In this document: positions 45,690 through 57,031 of the stretch, in pieces
Layout of the letters: each line of letters starts with the position of its first letter
Position numbering within the stretch: the stretch's first letter is position 1
NCBI GenBank assembly: GCA_002189035.1
Contig: CM007990.1
Location: 930,001-994,000 of the forward strand
Reading direction: 5' to 3'
DNA: 64,000 bases
Source of the DNA: Utricularia gibba
Taxonomy: Eukaryota; Plantae; Magnoliophyta
Made by a program: the position numbers and the translations under genes
The notes under the pieces: model-generated
Seen by the model: the letters and a program-made list of their open reading frames with translations, nothing else
What the model was told of the DNA's origin: nothing
Database searches by the model: none

Positions 45690-48600
45690 CTAATAGAAGA
45701 TATCAATATCCCTGATTTTGGAATCAGCCTCAAGGTCAAGAATCAGAAGTTTGTCATCCGAGTTGAATTTAAATTCATGCTTCTCCCCGTCGACCAAACA
45801 AGAGCTCGGTCTCTTGTTAGAATAGGCTCCGAACCGGCCACACCCTCGTACTGCTACTCTAACAGCACAGCTTCCTGAAGAACCGGAAGCTGTGTAGCTT
45901 AAACCTTCAGTTGCTCCTCCAGAATTGTACATGTCGATGAGGCCAAGGGAGCGAAGTGCAGACCTCCACTGAAAACCTGTTTGTTTACACCGCAAGCAGC
46001 TGTGAATGTAACAGAAGCCACCGTGAAAATGGAAGATGGTGTCTAAGCTTTCGAGGTTTCGACATTACTCTTATCGGCGACACCGTGAAAATCTCGAACT
46101 GAAGCGTCTCCAGCGAGACCTCGACGGTCTGCCGCCGTGATATCAGAGCTAGAGATCCTGAGAGACGGCAGCAGGATGAAGCTTTTCCTTTCTTTCACAG
46201 GGAACTGATGCGAGGGGAGTTACCTTTGTTGAAGTTGTAGACTGCACAGTCACCAGTCCAGCTCTCGTCTGCAACTTCTTGGAGGGCATTGATATCCAGA
46301 GGGCTCACAGTGCACGACAGAGCTCGGGGTTTAGAGGAAGAACGATGAGACTTGTTATCGTCTTCCTCATCTTGCTGTCCGCGCAGAGGCCAGCTTCCAG
46401 CTCCTTGACAGTTAAAAACACCAAGTATGCCAGACAGCTTGTTCAAGTTCCAAATTTTCAGTAAGCTGCAAGAGATGAATCCCTGAGCCTTCCCAAATTG
46501 TTAGACAAGTGATCAGCATTTGACTCTCACTTCACCTTTCCCCGTCCATGACTGTGTCCACAAATAAGCAGTCGAGAGTCGGCCGGCCGGCGAACCGAGC
46601 TCGGAGTATCGAGCCGTCCGGCAACACCAGCTTCCTGAGCAGTTTGAAGTCATGGGTGCCTGGTTTATCACTGAAGCAACAAGAAAAACCTCAGGCTCTT
46701 GGAAAGGTTCACAGTCATCATCTGCTAGTTCAGTAGAGCTGACCTCACGTATACTGCACAGCCTCCCAATGCTCTAGCCGCAGCATGGAATTCTGCTGTG
46801 TAATGGTTGCTCTAGAATCAAGAGCCTGGTGAATTCTGGATTCTGTATCAGCTCTAAAACTGAGGGATCATATTCAGAACTCACCTGGAACATGTCCCAG
46901 TCAGGGACAACAATCTCTCCCATAAGAAGGCTGTTGAAGGCCACAGATGCTATGTGCAAGGTTTGAAAGGTTGGTTCTTGCGGCATGAAATCCTCCGAAG
47001 CTCTAGCTGTAGCACTCGTCCTTGAGCTAGCAATCAGCCATCAGAATCAAATGACGGCAACTTCTTCTGCAACACACGGTGAGCACACAAAGGTACATGG
47101 TGCAATACCTGTAAAGGGAATCTGTGTTATGGTTCATGCAGCATATCAGATTATTCTCTTTGAAGTTCCTGGAGACTGAATCCTCTAGTGCCTCTTGGTA
47201 ATCTCTGGTGAGGGAGACTCGCCCTCCATAGCCAGTACCCAGTGTCTCTATAACATTCTGAACGTCGACTTTTACGCCGTCGACGCCGCAGTCTGCAAGA
47301 TAGCTGTGGAGATCATTGTAGAAGTTGAAGATTTTCTTGGGGTCTATCAAACCAATGCCATATTTCTCCAGACTGTCCATTGCTATGTCCCGGAGATTTC
47401 CAACATTGCCTGGGGACTGTATTGGATAGCAGATCTTGGGATCATAAGGTTTCATTTTTTCAGATGATGGAAGAAGCCCTCCCCAGTAACCAGTCAATGC
47501 ATGCCAGACATATACATATCTGTCCAAGAAAGGAGCAAAATGGCTTAACCATATGAAGACTGAGTTGATAAAAGAGGGTGCAGCAGCATACTTGAGGCCA
47601 TATTTCCCCTTGATGAATTCCACTAAGCTGCGAAGATACTGACAAGAAATCTCTTCACCTGAGCGCATGAAGCCAGCACTTTCCTTAACATCAACCAGTC
47701 TACTAGCAAATCTGGTGAACAAGTTTGAAGATGAGAAGTATGAGCTATGGCAACCAGCTGGATTTATAAAACAAGAATAGCTCACTGTGATCCTTCAACA
47801 AAAGGCTCCCCCTCCTTTTGGAACTCGTTAACAGTATCTTGCCATCCATCATCAATGATCATGAACTTTGGGACACAACCTCCTTCAAGGAAACTAGCAG
47901 TGGAACCAGGGAATGGTTAGCAGGCCCTCATGTCAGATATCAACAATCAAATCAAGGTACCTTTCAAGACCTTCTTTGATCCCCAGTGGGTTGACATCCT
48001 TGTAGAATGCATCCCATGTGCACCACCCAAACCAGTCCAAATGCGCAGGCTTCTGATAAACCAAATCACACAAGCGTTAAACTATAGAAGAATGTGGCTG
48101 ATAAGAAAGAGTTTATGATTCAGTTTTGTGCACCGTTTTGTGTTTAATGTGAGTGAAGTTTCCCTTTTGCCTCTCAAGTATCCTAACCAAGAAAAAAATC
48201 TTTCGTGAACCATAAAATTTCTAAGTAAATCCTAAGAAAGATGCTCCGCTTCACACACACACATTATAGACTCCTCCACAAGTTTAAAGGGGTTAGCCCC
48301 TGAATTCACAAAAACTGACTCCATTGCCTCAGTAGATTGAACATCAGCATCTCCTACAAAAAACTCAGTATCAGGAAGAAGGGATGAAGTTACAGCTGCG
48401 GCATGGGAATCAATTCACTCACCACTTTCCACGCAGAACTGAAGCTCATTGTTTGAATTCCCTTGAAGTGTTGCCCGAAACTGTCCTTCAAGAACAGGAA
48501 GTATCAAGACGTAGAAGATGTCATCATTGCCAGAAAGAACAGACTTTTTTCTGACTTCCAACAGCAGAAACTGTGTTTCCATTGGGATGTCACTACCCAA

Positions 48601-48952
48601 GCTTCCAAAGCGAGGAATCATCCACCAGATTTTGTGCCTGAATAGGCACACGAACCTGGCCTCTCTGCGATAAAGTTCAAAATTTCATTATCCTTCATTT
48701 TCGCACTGCTGATGCAGGCTTACAGCTTCTTCCATTTACAAAAAGAAGTAGCAATAACAGCAGCAGAAAAAATTACTGTAGAACCCCAAGAGAAAAAACA
48801 TGTCTTGGGCTGGGCGAAGTGGAGGAGGCTCCAATAAAAGCAGCAGAACTCGAGCCAGCAACCGGCAAAACGGTAACGTTCGAGGGGACGGCCTTCAGCA
48901 GCACCTCCGCATTAACAATAAGTGAACTTTCACTGATGTACGGCGCCGTCAT
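45690..48952 (-). CDS. GH36 seed-imbibition-type alkaline alpha-galactosidase / raffinose synthase family protein, with a 1-nt frameshift in the last exon as assembled
   Basis: [68 protein letters not shown] and DMYNSGG. VKVDVQ and RASEDF point to the SIP type rather than true raffinose synthase. Confidence 0.92.
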
Positions 48953-50071
48953 CTCGACGGCGTCCAGCGCGACGACGCAGTAATCCCGAGCGCCCAAAAT
49001 ACTCCTCCCCCTACCACGATTCTCGAAATGGGAAACTCCCGCGTGGAACCACGACCTATTCAACGCAACAAATTTCAATCTGGGGACCCGGATTTTGTGG
49101 AGCGAAGCGTGAACCAAGGAAGGAGGAGATGAACGCAGGCCCCCAAACCCAGAAAACGCTGGTAGAAATTTCTGGGTCTGCTGCAGCTACATATAGCTGC
49201 TGAATGGAACAGCACGGCGTGACCCATTTGACTTCGCGAACAATCAAAGGATGCCGAGACCAATGAAATGCTCTCTCACGCCTAACCAACCTATCACAAC
49301 ACACAATCGAGCATCGGAATGCAAAGTCCAGTTCAAGTTTTCATCTTGAGCATAACCAATGTGCTGGAAAAGCTTTATTCTATTCCTGTAATAAGCTTTG
49401 CATTCAAATACCATCTTTCTCTTCCTTCAAAAATACATTTTTTTTCGAAAATTAAATTAATGGAAACAATTTATATTTCATAAAATAATTTCAATATAAA
49501 TGCTTTTTTATTTTTAATTATTATTTTATGTGATAAAAAATATTCAAATAATTAAGAGAGAGTATTGATGCTAATGGCTTTGGACACTTTCAATGGGTAT
49601 CTTAATTATTCTTGACACTTTTCTTATTCAAATTGTTAATTTTTCATATATTATCTAAATCATGACCATTTTTCTAATTCATCTTTTGACAATTTTCAAA
49701 TGATTTTTGATTAAAAAAAAGGGCATTTAGACGAGATTTCAAACATGGTTTTTTTAAAATTTCGTTGAATTTTGGTAAAAAAATTAAAAATTTAAATTAT
49801 TGGATTATTATTTTTTAATATTATGAACTTTTATCTTCAAAATATATTGCATAAAAAATCTCCTTTTTTCTTGGCGAAATTTCTCTGAAATTTTGTTCTT
49901 ATTCTAAAAATTTCGGTTATGCATTTAATTCAAAATTAGAAAAAGAAAATTGTAAATGCTATTTAGTTCTTAAATTAAAAAAAAGGGGGGCCGTTTACCA
50001 GGCAAAATCCAATTAAATTCTGAGAATCCGTCCTTTTTTCCGATCGACTGTCCCAGAAACTGGAATCGACG

Positions 50072-50408
50072 ATGTGGCCGCACGCGGGCGATACGCCGAG
50101 GAGGAGAAGCGCGGGAGCGACACGGGAGGCGAATCCGGGTACCGACACTTCCTTTCGTGCATAGAAATGGTGACTGTGTGAAAACTCGTTAGGGGAAAGT
50201 CGTTATCTTCTTGTTCTTTTCAGTAAGTGGGGATGAGTTCTTGGTGAGCATTCCGCGGGAAAATGGTCCGTTTCTTGTTTACGCTGAAAACGGCGCCGGT
50301 AGCACCACAAGGGGCTCTGTTGCGATCCATCTCATCCCACTGGTTTGCATCCTATGCCTTTTGCTCCTGTGGTGGTTCTCAAAACCAGTTTCTATACTCA
50401 ACGCCTGA
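50072..50408 (+). CDS. Small single-pass membrane protein (83 aa), 2 exons (50072-50138, 50224-50408)
   Basis: An 85-nt phase-1 GT-AG intron joins MWPHAGDTPRRRSAGATREANP to VSGDEFLVSIP...AIHLIPLVCILCLLLLWWFSKP. The DEF and IHLIPLV motifs resemble an uncharacterised angiosperm family. Confidence 0.7.
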
Positions 50409-50728
50409 TCCATACAAGAGTTTCAGACTTGTTCACAGTTTGGAACTGGAATAGCTATCCCTTTTGACTGTCATTCTGCAAGTTTTGGATGCTGTAATGA
50501 AGGATTGATTGCTGGTACATAGATGATGATCTGGGTGAAAATGTATATGCACAACACGGATTCTACTTCAAAATCATGAATGGAAGAGATTATAAACACC
50601 AAACAGAGTAGAGCAAACTGGTTTATAGAAGAACAGAAGCACTCACTATACACAGATAACAATGAGGGGTGGTGTGGAATGATGGATGGAGGCAGTTGTA
50701 AAACCTGTATCAGACTTCCCTCTGCAGT

Positions 50729-53024
50729 TCAGTAGAGTCTTATTCTCGTCTCAATCGGCTTGCGGCAAATGGGGCATGATGAAAGATCTCGACCACATTC
50801 GCAACAAGTCTGCTCAACATCGAAGGCAGCAGCAAAAACATGAACACCAAGAAAAAACAGGGGGTTTCATTGGGTAGAACACTCTCACCTGGTGTCCACA
50901 GCCAAATGCCATATCCTTTGGTTCAGTGATGCAGATGGGGCAGAGCTGTTGAAGAAGGATTAACAAGTTTGAGAACAGAGCCATTGGCATAACAATCAAA
51001 ATTTTATTGAAGTCAAATACATTGTTTTCAGAAGCAGAGCTTCTCGGCTCATTTGTTTGAGCAAATGTGTCATGGCCTCTAGATGGTGCAGTGGGAAAAC
51101 TTGAGGATTGAGATGGCTTTGGAGTTGAAAAGGAAGCGGCCGTGTATGCTGGTGGAGGAAGAGGAAACCTATGGACATCTTTCCCTCTAGTCACACTGAT
51201 CAGACATATCAATGCACATGAATTTTATAGGCAATGAAATAAAGACCTGTGAAGAGATTATGGTGGAAACATACCCGAGAATGTTAAGTTCTAGTGTTGC
51301 ACGATACTGAGCAGGTATCTCCATTAACGCTGAAAGTGCAAATGCTGCTTCTTTTCTGGTCCAATCCATGTTCTTTGACATGATCTCAGTGAAGTTCACA
51401 AACTAGAACATGTAATGAGGTGCAGATATTGTCAACATTTGCTGCAGTAGAAAAGAAGCAGTTTTTCTCTCAAGAGAAGAGGCATTTTTTTACTTGCCTG
51501 GAAGTTATCAAAGGCTCGAGCTGGAATATTATCATCAAACTGCTTCATCATGTCCCATGGCCCATCACCAACTCCGACCAGTACGATCGACAATGGATAC
51601 TCACTGCAAAGACAAACTTGCAGATGACATGGGTGCAAAAAGAGCTATTGGCCATGACTGCAATAGGCACAGATCTTAGTATAAAGAACATTGGATACAC
51701 AGCGACCAGAATCACCTTGCTTTCACAATAGCATCAACAGTTGCCTTTTCCTGAGGACTGAACTGGCCATAATCGGTGTCAGAGCTTCTGGTGACCTGTG
51801 CATCAAACGATTCTTGTAAACCATGTACTCCTTATACTGTAACTTACTTTATTGGCCAAGAGAGGGAAAGAAATGTAATGCACACAATCAGAGGGATACA
51901 ATATCAAACCATTAGCAGAAAGAGTTCAGGTTGCCAGTTATGCTTGAACCATGAATCAAGAAGATGATAATAAATGGACAGATGAGAGGCATGTAAAAAG
52001 GCTTTTGTATTACCTGTCCATCAGCAATAATCAACAAAACATGGTACTGGCCACCACTCTCTTCGACAATAGAGATTGCCATTTCGATAACGGGAGCGAA
52101 TGATGTTGGTCCTGAAGGGTAATGGAGGTGTTGTATCAGATCTAAGATTAAAAAAAAAAGGGAGGGGGGGAGCAGAAAACTGGAGATAAATAAACCTGCA
52201 AGTCGCAACTGTGGGACTAGCTCTCTATATCGTGCCAATACTTGCTCAAACCCTTCACAGAATCTTGCATCAGGATAAAAGCTGAAAACCTCTTGGTCAT
52301 GTGTTGAAGCTGAAATATTGGAATGATAAGGCAATGAAGCAACGCAGGTTTACAGCTGAAATATTAAGCTTTTGAAAAGTATACCATCCCCAAATCCAAA
52401 ACATGGAATTAAATTATCCTCATCGAATTTGGATAATGTTCTTCCGATGATCGATATTGCTTGTTCGTAAGGATTTTGCTCCTCACCGATGTGATGCAAA
52501 CTTTTCCGATGAAATGACCTTGCACCTAAAAGAAAGAAAATAGAGCTTCATTGCTGCCCCAAGTAAATATCATCTCTTTAGTTCAAAGTAGCCATTACCA
52601 GTCCACTCATTGCTCTTTGTGAAATCAATGCCCACAATCAAGTTTGAGGATTCTAGACCGGCACGAGAAAGAGCATCAGTAACCTGCAACCACCAGTCCT
52701 TATTGAGAAAAAAACACAGGAATTTGAAAGATCCAAGGCAACAAAAATCAACAGTTATACAAAGATATACTACATATAATTCTAACTTACTGGGGTTCTT
52801 AATACATAGCATCATCATTTTACCTGATCCAGTGTGGTGTATTCATCATCAATTCTAGAGAATTTCCTCTGAAGTCGCCTCCTGGACTCGGGAGGATTGG
52901 GAGGGGGGTAGTCGTAGGCATGGCTGGGCTGAAGGTTAGGTGACTGGTAATTCACCGGGTTTGAACTGGATGCATAATGTGAATAACGATCCGAACTCAA
53001 GTTCTTGGAACTCTTTCCACCCAT
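50729..53024 (-). CDS. RGLG: RING-domain ligase RGLG (copine/vWA + RING), RGLG1/2/5 type
   Basis: Putative N-myristoylation start [55 protein letters not shown], and the [22 protein letters not shown]|TCCECG...CPICR...RIRLY*. Confidence 0.95.
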
Positions 53025-53621
53025 AAGCTCTGCAACTCAAGAGGATAACTACACAAGAAAAAAAAAAAAAAAGAATCAAAATGCAACATTGCAGTATTCA
53101 ATCTTCAGAAAATTGAACTATTCCCACCCCAACCCAACACTAATCAAAAGTAAATGAAAAGCAGACACCTTTATACCTATTCCGAATCCCACGAGATCTG
53201 AAAGACAAATAGGCGCGAGTTAAATCCAGAAAAACATAACAAAGAATGCCCTCTTCAGGTTCCCAATCTGTAACGGAAGCGTCTTCCTCACAAGTCAATG
53301 ACTTCAGGCCAGAACTAACATTGACCTTGACGGAGTAGACTCCGTGCTTCCTCACTGCGAAAAGGAGAAAAAAAGGAAAAGCATGAAAGCGATCGCCTTT
53401 CTTGACCGAACGGCAATTCTCCTTCACCGTTAAAATCTGTTAACCTCCCAATCACCATAACAAACTCAATTGACACCAGAAAAGAAACAAGTTACAGATC
53501 CCGTCATCATAATGACGATGATTGATTCAACACTCATCAAATAAAGCCTTCCCAGATATATATGTTAATTATCAAAATAAAATAATTAAGTATCCAAGGA
53601 CCCGTACCTAGAACACAAATT

Positions 53622-53630
53622 GCCACGTGT
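53622..53630 (-). promoter_or_regulatory. ABRE (ACACGTGGC) upstream of RGLG
   Basis: Canonical ABRE/G-box upstream of a TATA-like ATATATA at about 53556-53563. Confidence 0.45.
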
Positions 53631-54676
53631 ATGCGGTTGCTGCTTTATGTAGGCATCCAAGAAACGGTATACTACTAATAAATAAAATCAATTATTTATT
53701 CTAACTTTTTTGTTCATGCAGGTACATAGATATGGATTAGTATAAATAATGCTCATAACATATACAAAATAGCATATGGGTAAGACTAATGTATCCTATA
53801 TAAAATAGCATACGGTAACTTAATTAGTTATATTTTTATTTTTTAAACTTGATATGTCTTAGAATGTTTGATTGTATTTATTATAAATTATATTTTTTTA
53901 TAAAATTTAAATTATATTAAAAAAAGATATATCTTTTTATATTTTTAATATGATTTTTAATTAAATTTTAAATTATATATATGTATTTATATTTTTATAA
54001 GTATAATTAATTATTTTTATTTTATATATAATATAGAAAGTAACAAACATTTTTAAATTCATAGGTCCCACTCAAGGCTTTATTAATGTTAGAGATAAAA
54101 ATCTAAGATTACCTTTTGAAAAACCATTCTAGAATTAATTTTAGGATAATTGAATATTCTGATCAAATAAGAATTAATATATGTTTAAAAGTATTTTTTT
54201 TAGAATAATTATTATAGAATGAATTCATATTTGGAATAACAAAAATAAGAATTGATTTTAATAATTGAATGATATATTTATCCATATTTATTAATAATTA
54301 TATTTTACAAATTTACAATTTAAAAATATTTTTATATACTATTTATATTATAAAAATATTATGCAATTTTTAATTGTGTTATTTACGTGATTACTTTAAT
54401 TTAAATATATATTATATTTAAGTTATAATTTAAAAATTATGATAATTAAATTATTTATAATATTATTAATTATAATTATTTATAAAAGTATAACGATAAC
54501 TTTAATTTTAGATTCATTTTTCAAAAATCAATTTTAATAAAGAAACTTATATCTCATAATTCTCATAAAAATAAAATATTTCTCAAAAATCAATTCTTAC
54601 TACATACAATTTGATATAAGTTTATAAGATATAATCAATTATAGAATACATTGATGAGGGATGAGAGTTGGATCAG

Positions 54677-54822
54677 TAACATTATATTGACCCCGCTTCC
54701 ATAGCAACTTTTTGAAACCAATATTATATGAGAGTTGGATCAATTCTCTTCTAATTTAAATTAGGATTGATTATGATGATTTCAAAAAGTTGCTTTATAG
54801 AAGCAGGGTCAATATAATGTTA
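54677..54822. repeat. 146-bp fold-back element with about 45-bp inverted arms
   Basis: Left arm TAACATTATATTGACCCCGCTTCCATAGCAACTTTTTGAAACCA versus the reverse complement of the right arm TAACATTATATTGACCCTGCTTCTATAAAGCAACTTTTTGAAATCA. Confidence 0.9.
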
Positions 54823-54832
54823 GTGTGATTGT

Positions 54833-55185
54833 CCTAGGTTTTCTTTTCTGTATTAAGACTATGTTTAGTAATAAAAATAAGATGATATATCCTAATATGT
54901 TGAATAATAATAACACATTTGGTAATTAAGGATAAATTTTTATGATATATTTTTTTCTTTTCTATAAATCATAAAATTGTCTATACTAATACCTTTCCTT
55001 ATTTTTATACCTTATACTAGGAAATATTCCATACCGATATAAATTTAGCTGACTACTAAACACGGCCTAAAGTAATAAGTTGATTATTATTATTATTTCA
55101 TGGTTTTTAAGGGTACATCGGACCTGAGTATGGCCAAAAATTTTTATATAGTTTTACGTGGTACCAAGGAGATAAGTTGATTAAA
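54833..55185 (+). pseudogene. Decayed duplicate of succinyl-CoA ligase beta intron 1 / start of exon 2, interrupted by a MITE
   Basis: 54833-54854 matches 57195-57216 at 21 of 22 nt. 55088-55185 aligns without gaps to 57268-57365, with about 17 mismatches in 98 nt by my count. Confidence 0.85.
54857..55067. mobile_element. Tourist/PIF-Harbinger-like MITE (211 bp)
   Basis: TAA direct repeats at 54854-54856 and 55068-55070. Terminal inverted repeats GACTATGTTTAGTA and TACTAAACACGGCC match at 11 of 14. The interior is AT-rich. Confidence 0.75.
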
Positions 55186-56020
55186 TGCCAAAGATAAAAT
55201 TAAATTATTCGTGATTTTTTAATTTTATTTTATATTTAAATATATTTTATTAATTTAATTTTTTTTATCTTTTTTTCAAAATGAAAAATATAATATTACT
55301 GTAAACAAAAGATATATTAAAATAATATATTCATTAATCTTATATAATAATTTTTCTGATACATAACATATATTAATAATATTTTTTTTATTTAATCAAA
55401 TTTTGTAGATAAAGATATTCAATTTTATCATATTTTCAATATTTAGTCATAAAATTTATTTTATTTTTTGTTATTACTATAAAAACATTATTAAAATCTT
55501 ATCTATATGTAAAAATTTCAAAACAATTTACCACATTTTATTATTTTTATTATTAGATTTTGAAATACTTCAAAAAAGAATATTAATAAGGTAAATTACA
55601 AAATAGATTTTTTAATAAGATAAATTACAAAAAATGTTATAATTAGGATATACTAATGGAATAGTTGGTAAAAACAACATTAGGCCGCGTCTACAGACGT
55701 AGAGTTATTTTTTTATTATTATTCTTTGGATGTACTCACAGCTGTTTACAAATATAGAATGGTTTTTTTTGTTCTTCCCGTATTCTCAAAAACTGTTGAT
55801 GTATTATAGAGATGTTTTTATTTGTTCTTTTGGGTTGGTTTTTGCCCTTCATAGACATAGAATTTTCGGATTTTGGGATATTATTGAAGCACAACACCAT
55901 TTAATAAATTACAACCTCTTATGTGCGTGACCGGTTCTCCTACTGCTTTTTCAGGGGCCCAGGCATTTAATGCTTCGTTTTGGAGTCCGCGTTATCAGGC
56001 GAGTCTATATTACACGAGCC

Positions 56021-56560
56021 ATGGAGATACCCTTCAAAAAAATGCAGATGCACTTCATAGCCATGGAGATCAATCGTCCAGGCCACGACGTCTTACAGGT
56101 GACCGTGGCCGCCGTCGTGGTGTCCTCTTCCGTCGCCGATCCCCCCTCCAAGATGCAGAAATTGATGAACACATTCAAATTCATGGCCCAGTATGTACTC
56201 CCAGTCATGAGCTCTATTCTCCAAACGGTTGTGGAGCCCGGCACACTCCTCCACCGAGCTCCTGCAGTGTTCACCATGTTTCTCACGTCTCTCATGGCCT
56301 ATGCAGCCATCCATGTTCACGCCATGATCAACCCCAACGGAAGAAACGGCGGCCACTTGTACAGGGCTGCCGCCTCCGCCGCCGTCGTTGCCCTTTTCTC
56401 GTTTCTCTCCTTGTTTATACCCACAACCCTTTCATTCGTCGCCGTCCTTGTGCTCTCCGTTCCAGTGATTCTTGTAGTAAATTGGGATCTCCTCCGCCGC
56501 ATCCTCGCCGGAGCACCCCACACAGTCCCACCGCCGCCGCACGGGGAGTTGCCCTTATGA
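56021..56560 (+). CDS. Intronless multi-pass membrane protein of unknown function (at most 179 aa)
   Basis: GC-rich open frame with about four hydrophobic segments (YVLPVMSSILQ, AVFTMFLTSLMAYAAI, AAVVALFSFLSLFI, SFVAVLVLSVPVILVV). The start could be any of several ATGs between 56021 and 56064. Confidence 0.65.
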   Translation: MEIPFKKMQMHFIAMEINRPGHDVLQVTVAAVVVSSSVADPPSKMQKLMNTFKFMAQYVLPVMSSILQTVVEPGTLLHRAPAVFTMFLTSLMAYAAIHVHAMINPNGRNGGHLYRAAASAAVVALFSFLSLFIPTTLSFVAVLVLSVPVILVVNWDLLRRILAGAPHTVPPPPHGELPL

Positions 56561-57031
56561 GTGATATTTATTTAATAATAAAAAAAACAAGAAGAACCGT
56601 CGCCTGTTGCTTCTTCTTGGTAGTCTTTTTTTTTTGTTTTTGTTGAAGTGTTGTATCTTTGGAGAGTGCTGTCGTTGCGTTAAAAAATAAAGATTAAAAA
56701 TACAATAAATAAATTTAATCCATTAAATTTGTATATTAGTTTTTAAAAAATTATTACTAAAATATTTTAACCTATTGCAAAACATATTGAATAATTACGT
56801 CATTAGACTTATTTGGAATAATTTTTAAATAATTCGCAAATATTACGTAGGGTACCACAGCGGCTCTCGGTTTAGGGTGCACCAGTTCAGTCCGAAGGTG
56901 ATTTTCTTCCTCCGGCGGCTCTATGACGTCGATTTGTTTTCTGTGTGAGATTTACGGTGGATGATGATTCAATTTACCGTATTCGTACAGTTTAATCTTG
57001 CGCAGAAGGATCGCGAAGAAATAATTCAAAC

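Noticed and set aside
50263-50454. Apparent frameshift linking ATG 50263 (MVRF) to the IHLIPLV membrane frame
   Set aside because: A spliced model from ATG 50072 gives the same frame without any indel and includes the family-like DEFLV motif.
54060-54640. Partial inverted motifs (AAGAATTGATTTT / AAAATCAATTCTT) suggesting another MITE
   Set aside because: Termini and TSD could not be defined in very AT-rich sequence.
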